A program made the position numbers and the translations under genes. The notes under the pieces are model-generated. The model was not told where the DNA came from. It was given only the letters and a program-made list of their open reading frames with translations, and did not search any database. Below are positions 1-10,262 of a stretch of 64,000 bases of DNA, piece after piece. The number at the start of each line of letters is the position of its first letter. Within the stretch, counting starts at the first letter, position 1. Source of the DNA: Epithemia pelagica (taxonomy: Eukaryota > Protista > Bacillariophyta); the NCBI GenBank assembly GCA_946965045.2, contig OX337234.1, positions 2,790,001 to 2,854,000 of the forward strand, read 5' to 3'.

Positions 1-1292
1 TTCTGTGACAGGGTTGGATCTTCAGGCCTTTTCCCACGTTGGGATGTCACAGCCAAGGTTCGTTTGGCGTCGTCGTGACTGATCCTCCATACTTTGGCGA
101 GGTGTTTGGCTCCAATGCCTTGGGACTTGCCAGCATGAACACTTGAGACGAAGAAATCATCAAGGTCTACATCTTCCAACGTGCTCAGGTCAATGTCCAT
201 GTCGTCGTCTGGTTCTCTCTCGCCTTCAGAACTGTCATCGCTATTGTCCTCCTCATCGCCCTCATCCTGGATGGTGGTGGCTCCAATGGCTGCAACTTCT
301 TTGCCATGGACCATTCTCTCCTCCAATCCCAGCGCCATCATGGATTCGACAAGGACCGAAGATATGCCAGATAGATGTCCACTGATTTCATCATATGGCT
401 CAATGGCAGCGGATTTCCGAAGCTCTGCCATGTGGTTCCTCCAATGGTTCCGTGCTGCGCATGTTCGGTCGATTGCATGTGCTTCCATGGAGGATACCCG
501 ATAATCCTGTTCATCATTCGGATCAGGGATATCATCAATTACAATTCGCAACTGGTCCTTTTTTTCCTTGATGTTGCCCTCCCAATCCAACATACTCGCC
601 TCATTTGTCTCATAGGCGTCGGAGTGTGGGTTCCAACGGCTTGGAGTCAGGACGTATACGTCATGTCCTGCAACAAGGTCGTCTTCTGTTGGCTTGACAG
701 TCGGGAAAAAGGAGAAGATTCCCCAAAGACTCAGAGGGATTCGGAAACCCGTGGACGGGAAAATGACCGCATGATCGTCTGTGGTCGGGTCATCAGTGTG
801 GATCTTCGCCCGTTCGTTGACCTTGATGCCTGCCTCTCTCAGAATGAACGGTGGGATCAAGTTGTTCTCCATTGCTTGAACCCACAAGGCGTTTTGAATG
901 ACGAGAAGGTATGGCTTCCCTGCATACGGGCAATCGTAACGGACAATGGCGTCCACCAGTTCCGCTTGCATCGATTTGTATTGGGGTGTGAAAGGACTAA
1001 CGTCGACCTTCCTCCCATGCTTGTTTACAATGTACCCATGCCGCCTGACAACAGGCATATTGGCATGGCTGTCCAGCTCCGTTCGATGCTCCCCATCCAT
1101 GTCCTGCATTTCCTCATCATTGTCCAGTGATGCAGCGGCAACAATCGCAAAGCATCGGTTTGGAACAATGGACTTATGCTGCCTGCATTGGCATTCATGC
1201 TCGAATTGTCCGTGTTTTCCAGGGTCCCATGGTTTTGTGTTGTCCGGCTGCAATATCCCTCCTCTCAAGGATGAGGACATGGCCGGACGCCC
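1..1292 (-). CDS. pol: Copia pol, N-terminal part (aspartic protease and pre-integrase region); partial
   Basis: Manual translation gives 430 open codons from 1292 to the window edge (first ATG at 1280): ...EHRTELDSHANMPVV...MENNLIPPFILREAG...HLAKVWRISHDDAKRTL. Not in the ORF track, presumably because no stop occurs inside the window. Confidence 0.85.
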
Positions 1293-2894
1293 TCACGAGA
1301 ACTTCGCCTGCTTGAGGATGGATTGGAGGGTGGATGGTTTCTTGGGAGCAGCAGCGGGTGGTGCGGGTGGGAGAGCTAACTGTTCCTTGACAGCATTTTG
1401 AACCATGCTTGCAATTTGCGCTTGCAAGTCGGTCGTCTCCTTGTCTTCTTCGATTCCATCCTTTGCGAACTTTTTAAGTTCCTTGGCCACGACGGAAGCC
1501 AGTTGCCGTTTGACAGACTTGTTGCTTTTCCCTTTCTTATCGTTCTGGTTGTTCTTCTTCTTTGAAGGGTTGGCTTTGCGCCATTCTCGCAGTTCATCTT
1601 TCTGCTCATCGGTCAGGTTATCATACTCACTGGGAGTATGGTATCGGAGATGGACCCCCGTCTTCCCAATGCTCTGCTTCTTCGCAGCGGTCGTGGAGCT
1701 CGCTTCAGCTGTCACGGTAGTGTCATCGATCTCAACAGAAGAGATTTGCGCGGCATTGCGCTTGTTATTGGTGGCGGCGGCTCTTTTCTTAGCCACAGGA
1801 TCGTAGGGCAGGAGGTGCGCCGCGCCCTTCTCGAATCTGTTCCGCATCCCATCAGGGTCAGTATCAGTGCGGACACTTGCCATTGCGGCTTGTAGTCCAG
1901 CATCAGAGCATTGAATCCCTTCAAGTAAGTACCCAACACGCGTGTGTTCATTGGGCAATTGATACGAGACATGGTCAGCACACTGTTGCATGGAGACATA
2001 CGCATTTCTGCGCTGCGCAATGAACCCTTCTAACGGAAAGCTGTTCTGTCCTTTCCATACTCGTGTGTGAAGAAGGTCGTCTTGGCGCTTGATCTCAGCC
2101 TCCCATTTGTCTTGTCCTGCATACTGGCTTGTCAAAGCCGTCCATGCGCCTCGACCATCTTTATTTCGTTGATAAGGTTTAATAGACGCTGCATACGTCG
2201 TTCCTCTAGTTGCTTCTTCGAGGTGATAGTATACAGATGCATTGTCTTCTCTGTATAGTTCATGGTCGTGAGATGCGCGTGCAACCAATTCAACTTCAAT
2301 AGAGCCGTACACTATCGAGTGTGGCTTGTTGTTAGCTTGAGTAGGTGGAACCACAGGTACATCTACCTCATGTCGAATCACATATGCCAGAGGAATGGTT
2401 CTCACTCCAATGAGACGGTGGAGGTAGTCCTGGAAAGCTTCGGTCCACTTGATAATAGGTAACGCCTTGCTGATTTTGGGGACATCTGGGTCATCTGAGT
2501 CCTTTCGTGTCTTCAATGCCTTCCATTGGGCTTCAAAGTTCTTCATGACATGGGTCCACCTCATGTTCCCAGAGGTCATATCACGTCCAACAGTGTTATA
2601 ATAGCGTACCAATTCACATGCCACAGTTAGACGGTGTTGTGACTTGGCGCCGAATACGAATGGTGGTGTCGGAATTGTTGCTCCTGCAGCTGCCCCAGGG
2701 TTCGGATCTGGGACTCTGCCACCCGGTTTCCGTAAGTTGTCGGCCACTTGCTGGAGTGTTTCCTTGTCAAAATCAGCTAGGTCAGGGATTGTGCTAATTC
2801 CTTCAACTTGAAGTTGAGTTACCGTTGCTTGGGGAATGCCCATTTGATCGGCATCTTGAAAGAAAGACGTCGTCTGGGCAGCAGTTAGTACCAT
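1293..2894 (-). CDS. gag: Copia Gag-like protein (533 aa from the first ATG)
   Basis: ORF 1293..2909; diatom-copia gag-like motifs (IGVRTIPLAYVIR, DNASVYYHLEEATRGT, GKTGVHLRYHTPSEY); lies between the LTR and pol. Confidence 0.85.
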   Translation of the reverse strand: MVLTAAQTTSFFQDADQMGIPQATVTQLQVEGISTIPDLADFDKETLQQVADNLRKPGGRVPDPNPGAAAGATIPTPPFVFGAKSQHRLTVACELVRYYNTVGRDMTSGNMRWTHVMKNFEAQWKALKTRKDSDDPDVPKISKALPIIKWTEAFQDYLHRLIGVRTIPLAYVIRHEVDVPVVPPTQANNKPHSIVYGSIEVELVARASHDHELYREDNASVYYHLEEATRGTTYAASIKPYQRNKDGRGAWTALTSQYAGQDKWEAEIKRQDDLLHTRVWKGQNSFPLEGFIAQRRNAYVSMQQCADHVSYQLPNEHTRVGYLLEGIQCSDAGLQAAMASVRTDTDPDGMRNRFEKGAAHLLPYDPVAKKRAAATNNKRNAAQISSVEIDDTTVTAEASSTTAAKKQSIGKTGVHLRYHTPSEYDNLTDEQKDELREWRKANPSKKKNNQNDKKGKSNKSVKRQLASVVAKELKKFAKDGIEEDKETTDLQAQIASMVQNAVKEQLALPPAPPAAAPKKPSTLQSILKQAKFS

Positions 2895-2933
2895 GGTGAT
2901 GTAGTTCACTCGAAAAATCGGAACGAATGGGTC

Positions 2934-3105
2934 TGATAAACTGCTAAAAATTCGCTTATCAGAAAGATTATACGTTCATTACAGAGAAAACTATCCTGGC
3001 TCACAGATGGGAGTCGTACACAGCTCCCACCAAAATCGGCCACATAGCCGTGGTAGTTTCCACACATTTGTCGTTCATTGCCAAATATAGGCCACAATTT
3101 CAACA
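2934..3105 (-). repeat. Putative 5' LTR of copia element 1 (inner boundary uncertain)
   Basis: Minus strand begins TGTTGAAA at 3105; a candidate ...TTTATCA end lies at 2934, 40 nt before the gag ATG. The partner LTR is outside the window, so this cannot be confirmed. Confidence 0.5.
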
Positions 3106-3113
3106 CTGAAATA

Positions 3114-3712
3114 AGGGCTGGGGATACCGATCCATGTACATCTAAGTAGGCTCAGTACAAAAGCTACGTAGAGTACATAAAATCACATAGTACACGTCAC
3201 GCCGGAAATGGTCGGAAAAAAATGCAAAAACGCTCGACAATGATGGCGAGATCCGGTGACGCCGAATGCATTCACCCATGCATCGCATAAACATCCAACC
3301 ACCGTAAGTCCTTTGCCTTTATCTTTGAAATTGTTGCCTAAAATTACAGAAGATTTGCCAAGTTGGCTGAAAAGGTACGCTCATTTTTCTGCAGTGATGA
3401 AATCGAACGACCGCCCTAACTCACTCATTTTTCAATGCTGACTCGACCGAATTGAAAGCATAGTCACTCTAGTAGTAAACAATCTTCTTGTCAAAGCGGT
3501 CGAGGCAAGCTCTATTATTGAGGAAGTTATGGCCATGGGGGTGATGGCTTCCATCATTGTCGAGCGATGGCTTCCAATTTGCATTGTTTCTCGTGGCAGC
3601 AAGTTTTCAATTTGAGACCATCCGCCCCACTTGTTACACTGATGAAAATAGTACTACGTAGCTTAATGTACTGAGCCTACTTAGATGTACATGGATCGGT
3701 ATCCCCAGCCCT
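3114..3712. mobile_element. MITE / non-autonomous DNA transposon with long terminal inverted repeats (TIRs) and TA flanks (Tc1/mariner-like TSD)
   Basis: AGGGCTGGGGATACCGATCCATGTACATCTAAGTAGGCTCAGTACA (3114-3159) is a perfect 46-bp inverted repeat of the end at 3712, extending imperfectly to about 60 bp. TA at 3112-3113 and 3713-3714. No coding capacity. Confidence 0.85.
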
Positions 3713-4162
3713 TATCCAATGTCCAATGCGTCCCCATCCAATCACCCAACTAATTTTGGGGGAGTTGATGTATGGGGGCTATTGTATTGTGTGTGTCTCT
3801 TTGGGATTTGGGATTTGGGATTTGGGGGACGGGCTACGGGCTGTCACAAAAACGGCCTCTAATTAGCTTCTACTTAGTTCGATTATCAGCAAGAGAAGTT
3901 TCGATTTTCGATCGATCGGTGGATAGCTCTCTAGGAGTAGTATATAGAGGAGGAGGAGCATCCTAGTTTTTTGGGAAGGCATAGCGGAGGGGCGAAAGGT
4001 GACGTGTTCCTCATCCACAAAAAGATACGCCAAAAAGATCCCCATGGTGGGAATAGTCTATTCTTCCAGCTGCCGCGCCTACCCGCTAGGGTACGGTCGA
4101 CCGACTGCCCTGGCGCCATTACTCTCGGAATCATGGAGCGGGGGTCAAGATCCCCATGGTGG

Positions 4163-4373
4163 TGTTGAAGGATGTCCCGTCATCGGTCGCTGAGACGGAT
4201 GCAAATGCGACCAAGGATACGTCACCTGGAGCACCAGATGGGGCCGAATGGGTGGAAGTTGGACGACGTGGCCAGCAATCGAAGAAAGAGAGCCAGAGAG
4301 CTCATTCTAAGGAGAATACGTAACTTGTAATCGATTGTTGCCTTTACAGCACAGTTGTTAATAGGTTTAAACA
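4163..4373 (+). repeat. 5' LTR of element 2 (211 bp)
   Basis: Matches 9762-10001 except for a 40-bp segment replaced by 11 bp (TCACCTGGAGC) and one substitution near the end (TTTAAACA vs TTTCAACA). Confidence 0.95.
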
Positions 4374-4387
4374 TATTCTCCTTAGAA
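4374..4387 (+). promoter_or_regulatory. Primer-binding-site position, complementary to the element's own LTR (candidate self-priming site)
   Basis: TATTCTCCTTAGAA directly abuts the 5' LTR and is the exact reverse complement of TTCTAAGGAGAATA at 4305-4318. It does not start with the TGG expected for a tRNA CCA end. Confidence 0.75.
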
Positions 4388-4424
4388 ACTAATCTCACAT
4401 TGTGCCGTGAAGTACTGCCGGTCA

Positions 4425-5087
4425 ATGTCTGAGGAACCAAGTCGCCTCACCACGTTATTGAATCAGTTGACTTTGTTATCGATCGAGCAGCAAGATCGCA
4501 TCAACGAGACCTACCGCAGGCACGAACACAACGTGCAACAGCGGGAAGAGGCGTTTTGTGAAGCCGGACGCGAGCTTGAGGATAACCACAAAGACGAGAT
4601 CGCGCACGACCGACGACTTCTCCGCCACGCTAAGGATCGCATTTCCGCCGAAATCCAAGAAAGGCGCAGGAATCTATTGATTCAAATCCGTTCAACTTCA
4701 ACCGGGAGTGGAGAACAAGAATTTGTGCCAAAGGTATCCAGGACCGTACAACAACGCACCTCGGAAGCAGAATTGGATTCATCTCGGGACGAATCTGCTG
4801 ATCTAGCGGACGATATCAGGGAACTAGAGGACGGGCGCATTGAAATCATCATTGAGATTCCAGTTCTCCCCGCAGACGCAACCACCAAACCAAAGAAGCT
4901 GGCGATCGGTAGTGACGTGTGGGTGTTGAATCCCTTGAAGCTCGCTCGTGTTCAAAAACGGACACACCTCAAGGCCAAAGTGATCGGAACCACCCCATCC
5001 GGACAATACAAGCTCCACGTGTGGAACCCAATCCTCAAGGTAAACGAAGAACATCGACGAATCCGGAAGAATCTGGCCCTCAGATAA
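4425..5087 (+). CDS. Extra ORF (ORF0, 220 aa) upstream of gag in element 2; unknown function
   Basis: Intact ORF with a coiled-coil-like N-terminal half and a short beta-rich C-terminal segment (LAIGSDVWVLNP...AKVIGTTPSGQYKLHV). Its TAA stop is 2 nt before the gag ATG at 5090. Confidence 0.7.
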   Translation: MSEEPSRLTTLLNQLTLLSIEQQDRINETYRRHEHNVQQREEAFCEAGRELEDNHKDEIAHDRRLLRHAKDRISAEIQERRRNLLIQIRSTSTGSGEQEFVPKVSRTVQQRTSEAELDSSRDESADLADDIRELEDGRIEIIIEIPVLPADATTKPKKLAIGSDVWVLNPLKLARVQKRTHLKAKVIGTTPSGQYKLHVWNPILKVNEEHRRIRKNLALR

Positions 5088-5089
5088 TC

Positions 5090-8000
5090 ATGTCACGGCA
5101 AGGACAACCACAACCAGACGGAGCCCCATCCTCAACAGCGAGTGGCACGGGGCGATATGGGCGTAATGGTGGCCGCGGACGCGGTCGAGGTAGAGGAGGG
5201 CGTGGATCAGGTGGCCAACAAGGAAATACGAAGTTCCAAGGTCAGGAACCGACCCTTAAAGACTGTATCTTCGATTATTCCGAAGACCCACAGTCCAAGC
5301 GTTATCTTCGGAACGTCGAACACTTGATTGGTTATGTTGGGACAACGTTCAAGAGGTACAATCTCCAATTCCAGCAAGCCCTGGAGGACCTTGATTTACC
5401 AGCACCCGATGAAATTGTGCCTCCCAAGGATACTACCAACACCATCAAGGTCGAAGAATGGAAGATGAAATACAAGATGAGGGAGGAGCAATCGATCGAA
5501 TATCAGAACTTTCGCACTTCCCTATATAGCCTCATCCTGGGTCAATGCACCCAGTTGATGAAGGATAAATTGCAGGCTAAAGCAGAGTTCGACGCAGTAA
5601 AGAACTCCAGAGATGGAATTGAATTGCTCAAGTTAATCAAACGGACCACATTCACCTACGACTCAGGGCGGCTTTATGCTCTGGTGGGCCGTGACAAACT
5701 CAAGGAAGAATTCTACGCGTTGAAACGGAGACAAAATCAAAGTATTCAAAGCTACTACGAGCTTTATCGTGCGAAAGCCAAAGTAATAGAGGAGCTGGGC
5801 ATTCTCCTCTATGACGAGGACCTTGCACAACAAATTGCAGCAGACAACAAGCACACAACGGGGCCCACTGAAGAAGACAAGGAAGAAGCACAGCAACGTT
5901 GCATCGCCATTTGCTTCATTCGCTCATGTGGGGCGAGGGAGTATGAAACACATTTACAAAATACGTTTTTGGACGGACCGAACCATTATCCGAAGACCCT
6001 AGCCGATGCCCGAGCCATGATCGACAATAGACTGTCGGGGCATCGCGGCGGGCACGGGCAGCAACCGATACAAGAGAGTAATGCCACCGGGATGGCTTAC
6101 CATGCCAGAGAAAGCACCAACAATGGCAACGACAATACATCAAGTCTGACAGGAGCCACATTGAACACGACAGGACATCAGAGTGGAGCAGCCAACAATA
6201 ATGGATCACAGCGCAATCCTCCAAACACAAACGGTACAGTGACGGTTAACAGACAGCAAACAGAGCTGTCAGCAAATTCTCACCACTTCTCTTTCGCTTC
6301 CTCCTGTTTTCAGCCTCGTAACCTATCCAAAGAATGGCTCCTCCTTGATAACCAATCCACTGTGGATATCATTCACAGTGGACACCTTCTACTAAACATA
6401 CTCACAGCCACCACTCCCATCACCATCACAAGTCATGCCGGGGAAAGACAACTTACACAGCAAGGATTGTTCCCTGGTTATGGAATAGTATGGTATGATC
6501 CCGAAGGATCAGCCAACATTCTATCTTTGACCAACGCTCAACACCGATTTCGAATCCACTACGACAGCCATGACGGCAACACCTTTCAACTCTTGGACCC
6601 TGCTACGGGCAGACTCAAGCACAAGTTTACTCAGAGCCCACAAGGTCTTTACTACATACATCTCGATTCCCTACAAGGTAGTAGTTTCGTAACTACGGTT
6701 AACGATAACGAAACTCATTACACTGCCACCGAGATCAGTAGGGCCAAGGGCGTACGTGCATAACAAGCTAAGATAGGGCGTCCTTCCACAAGGGATCTCA
6801 TCTACATCCTCAACCACAAGCTCATCCCCAATGTTCCTTTCACCAGCGACGATGCCAGAAGGGCAGAACTCGTGTACGGTCCTAATTTGGGATCGCTAAA
6901 AGGAAAAAGGACCAGAAGGCGTCCACCAGTCGTTGACACGACAGAAACAGTACCACCACGCCTCGCGGAAAAACATAAAGACGTAACGATTGCTTTGGAT
7001 GTGATGCATATCAATAACATCTCCTTTTTGGTTACGACCTCACGCGTGTTTCGGTTTTCCACCATGGATGCCATCAAAGATAAAGAGGAAGACACGCTGA
7101 TTCGGTCGATCAGAAAGACATTGTCCGTATTTTGTCGTGGCGGCCTGCGACCCAGGTTTATTATGGCCGATGGAGCTTTTGCAAGCGACGGAATGGAAAT
7201 GAGTATGGGAAACTTAGGAGTGAAAGAACGAATCAGGAGTGTTTACGCAACTTTGCCGTTCCCGACTCTGCCGAAGATTATGCTGATCGAACTGGCTAAA
7301 TTTGCCACCTTCTGGCTCAATAGCCTCCCCACGCAGAATCATGAGTTGTCAACTACTATGAGCACCAGAGAACTTGTGACAGGCGAAACGCTTGATTTTA
7401 ATCGGCACTGGCACAATTGGCAGCTTCCCAAGAGATGCAACCTGGTCTTGCTTTCGGGAACCGAGATAACCGAATTCTCATGTTAGATGAGGATAATCCC
7501 CTCCTGGAGGACGATGAAAGTGTGTATACGCATGTGGAGGAGGAAGACGATGATCTCCGCTATGATGACGATGTGGTTGATCATGAACTGGAAGACGAGC
7601 CAGATCCGAACGGTCCACCGATGGAATGGGACCAAGATGCTGTTGGAAACCAGGAAAACCAAGGAGTGGATGACCCAGCTGGTGGTTTCGACGACGGTGA
7701 CGGTGAGATGGAACCTGTGGAACAGGGAATCATGGAGGAGCCAATGGAGGTAGAGGCAGGGAATGTGGAGGAATTGATGGATGGGGAAATGGAACAAGAC
7801 AATAATGATAATAATGACATTGCTGTGGCCAAAGAAGAGGTCCAAAACAACAACTATGAAGAAGCGATCGATATGCCGGACAACGAGGAGATGGAGATTG
7901 TCTTCGAACCTGCAAACGACGATGGAGACACAGAAAATGACAACGAGAACCCGAATGAGGGTGACAATAATAATCAATGATACAACCTTCGCCCGAATCG

Positions 8001-9958
8001 TGAGCGCAGTTACGCTCATCGATTTGGGCACACATTCGCATGTGTTGACAGCCTCGAACCGAAACAGCGTTACGATGGATACCTGCTCTGCGGAGTGCTG
8101 TATCTCATTGAGGCAGAGACAAACCTAGCAACCCCACAGATGTCTATGAAGCTAGGGATCAAGATGTTCGGCAACAAAGGAAGAGAAGCCGTTAAAAAGG
8201 AAATAAAACAGCTACATGACCGAGGGGTTTTACGAGCCGTCCACAAAGCCGACTTATCGTGGGAACAAATTAAGCAAGCATTGAATTACCTGATGTTTTT
8301 AAAACGCAAGAGATGTGGAAAAGTAAAAGGTCGGGGCTGTGCTGACGGGCGTAAACAACGAGGTTTTATCCCGAAGGAAGATGCCGCTTCACCCACCGTG
8401 TCGACGGAAGCAGTTTTCATAACGGCAGTCGTGGATGCCGTGGAGAGGCGCTATGTTGTCATAGCAGATATCCCCGGCGCGTTTATGCATTCCGACATGG
8501 ATCCAAATGTCCATATGCGCATCGAGGGATTAATGGCAGAATTGCTCTTGGAAGTCAACTATGAGATGTACAGCAAATATGTGGTATACGAATACAACAA
8601 GCCGGTTATCTATGTGGAAATGTTAAAAGCTTTGTACGGCACCCTCAGGGCTGCTCGTCTCTTCTGGATCAAGCTGAGTGGGGTCCTACAGAGTTGGGGT
8701 TACATCATCAACCCCTACGATCACTGCGTAGCAAACAAGATCATTAACGGAAAGCAATGCACCGTAACCTGGCACATTGATGACTTGAAGATCTCACATA
8801 AGGACCCTGCGGTTGTTGAGTCATTCTTAACCGATCTACAGGCTGAGTTCGGATCTTTGGGAGACATCTCGGTTTCCCGCGGAAAGCGCCATGATTATCT
8901 TGGGATGTTTCTAGATTTCTCCGAGGACGGGATCCTTCAAGTCGACATGCGCCCATACTTACAAACAATTTTTGCCAACATGCCATCCGAGATGGTTGGC
9001 AAAGCCCAAACGCCAGCTGCAAATCACCTGTATCATGTGAACAATGAAGCAACAAAACTCAATGAGCAGGATGCGGAGCGTTTTCACAGTATCACGATGC
9101 AGTTAGCCTACCTAGCACATCGCGGTCGGCCCGATATTCGAACTGCTGTCGCCTTCCTGTCCACGCGAGTGGCACAACCCGATGAAGACGATTACCGCAA
9201 GTTGTCACGAGTGTTGAAATATTTGCAAACCACCGTGGATTTGGTTCTTCGCTTGCAAGGTGCAGCTGATTGGATCATAAGATGGTGGGTGGACGCCTCA
9301 TATGCGGTACACCCCAACACCAAAGGACACACGGGTGGATTCATGAGCCTTGGAAAAGGAACAGTGATCGGCTTTTCAGCCAAACAAAAGTTAGTAGCAA
9401 GAAGTTCCACCGAATGCGAGTTAATTGGCATTCACGACGTGATGCCATCACTCCTCTGGAGTAAGAAGTTCATGGAGGCATGTGCAGGATGTTATACTGC
9501 ATCAAGATAATCAGAGCAGCATCCTCTTAGCCAAGAACGGTAGACTGTCCAGCTCCAAACGAACGAAGCACATTGATGTTCGCTATTTCTTTGTGACGGA
9601 TCGCATCAAGAACAAAGAGTTGCGTGTGGAGTTCTGCCCCACAGAACAAATGATGGCGGACTTCTTTACGAAACCGCTTCAGGGTCGCCTCTTTTACCAA
9701 CTACGGGACCTCATCATGAATATTGCTCCTCACGACAAACATCATTCGTCACATAGGAGTGTGTTGAAGGATGTCCCGTCATCGGTCGCTGAGACGGATG
9801 CAAATGCGACCAAGGATACGGTAGAGTGGGTGAGCGCGGCAGCTGGAAGAATAGATTCAAACCAGATGGGGCCGAATGGGTGGAAGTTGGACGACGTGGC
9901 CAGCAATCGAAGAAAGAGAGCCAGAGAGCTCATTCTAAGGAGAATACGTAACTTGTAA
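5090..9958 (+). pseudogene. gag-pol: Disrupted gag-pol polyprotein of element 2 (Gag, protease, integrase, RT, RNase H)
   Basis: RGG-rich Gag; protease LLDNQSTVD; integrase ALDVMHIN/IMADGAF; RT IADIPGAFMHS, KALYGTLRAA, WHIDDLKISH; RNase H WWVDASYAVH, SSTECEL, HQDNQS, MMADFFTKPLQG. Lesions: in-frame TAA at 6761-6763, apparent deletions near 7222 and 7410, in-frame TGA at 7978-7980, frameshift near 9480. Confidence 0.93.
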
Positions 9959-10001
9959 TCGATTGTTGCCTTTACAGCACAGTTGTTAATAGGTTTCAAC
10001 A
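9762..10001 (+). repeat. 3' LTR of element 2 (240 bp)
   Basis: TGTTGAAGG...TTTCAACA, preceded by a short purine tract (AGGAGTG) and followed by the TSD GGTGG. Confidence 0.95.
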
Positions 10002-10262
10002 GGTGGTGCATCTTTTTCTCTCGAGCAGAAGAAGACAGACAAAACAGACAATCACCGACAGAACCGACGGTCTTGACACAACTCTTCGAGTGAAAGAATG
10101 GGAGTCTTCTCGTTCCCGTCGTCACTCTGGCACACGGTCCACTCGTACCTCCACCAATCGAGTTCCTCCTCCAAGTTTCAGTGCTGGTCGATTCGGAAAA
10201 GAACTTGGACGTCTACTCCTCCAACAACTCTCGTTCCCACCTCGTTTCATTGCAGTCGATTC

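Larger units (their letters stand above)
1..3105 (-). mobile_element. Ty1/copia (CoDi-type) LTR retrotransposon 1, 5' part; runs off the left window edge
   Basis: Gag-like ORF followed in frame by a pol with CoDi-type protease motif ELDSHANM, LTPSRWNPHS and HLAKVWRIS; LTR-like start TGTTGAAA on the minus strand at 3105. Confidence 0.9.
4163..10001 (+). mobile_element. Complete Ty1/copia (CoDi-type) LTR retrotransposon 2, internally defective
   Basis: Paired LTRs (TGTTG...AACA); 5-bp TSD GGTGG at 4158-4162 and 10002-10006; domain order gag-PR-IN-RT-RH. Confidence 0.97.

Noticed and set aside
375-1401. Plus-strand ORFs of 251 and 151 aa
   Set aside because: Antisense shadows of the open minus-strand pol frame.
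2925-2965. Hairpin TCTGATAA...TTATCAGA at the inner edge of element 1's LTR as a second self-priming site
   Set aside because: Only 8 perfect pairs with a short loop, and the LTR boundary cannot be fixed without the 3' LTR; unresolved, not evidence.
3802-3829. (TTTGGGA)x3 as an interstitial telomere repeat
   Set aside because: Only three units and not the TTAGGG/TTTAGGG type; treated as a microsatellite.
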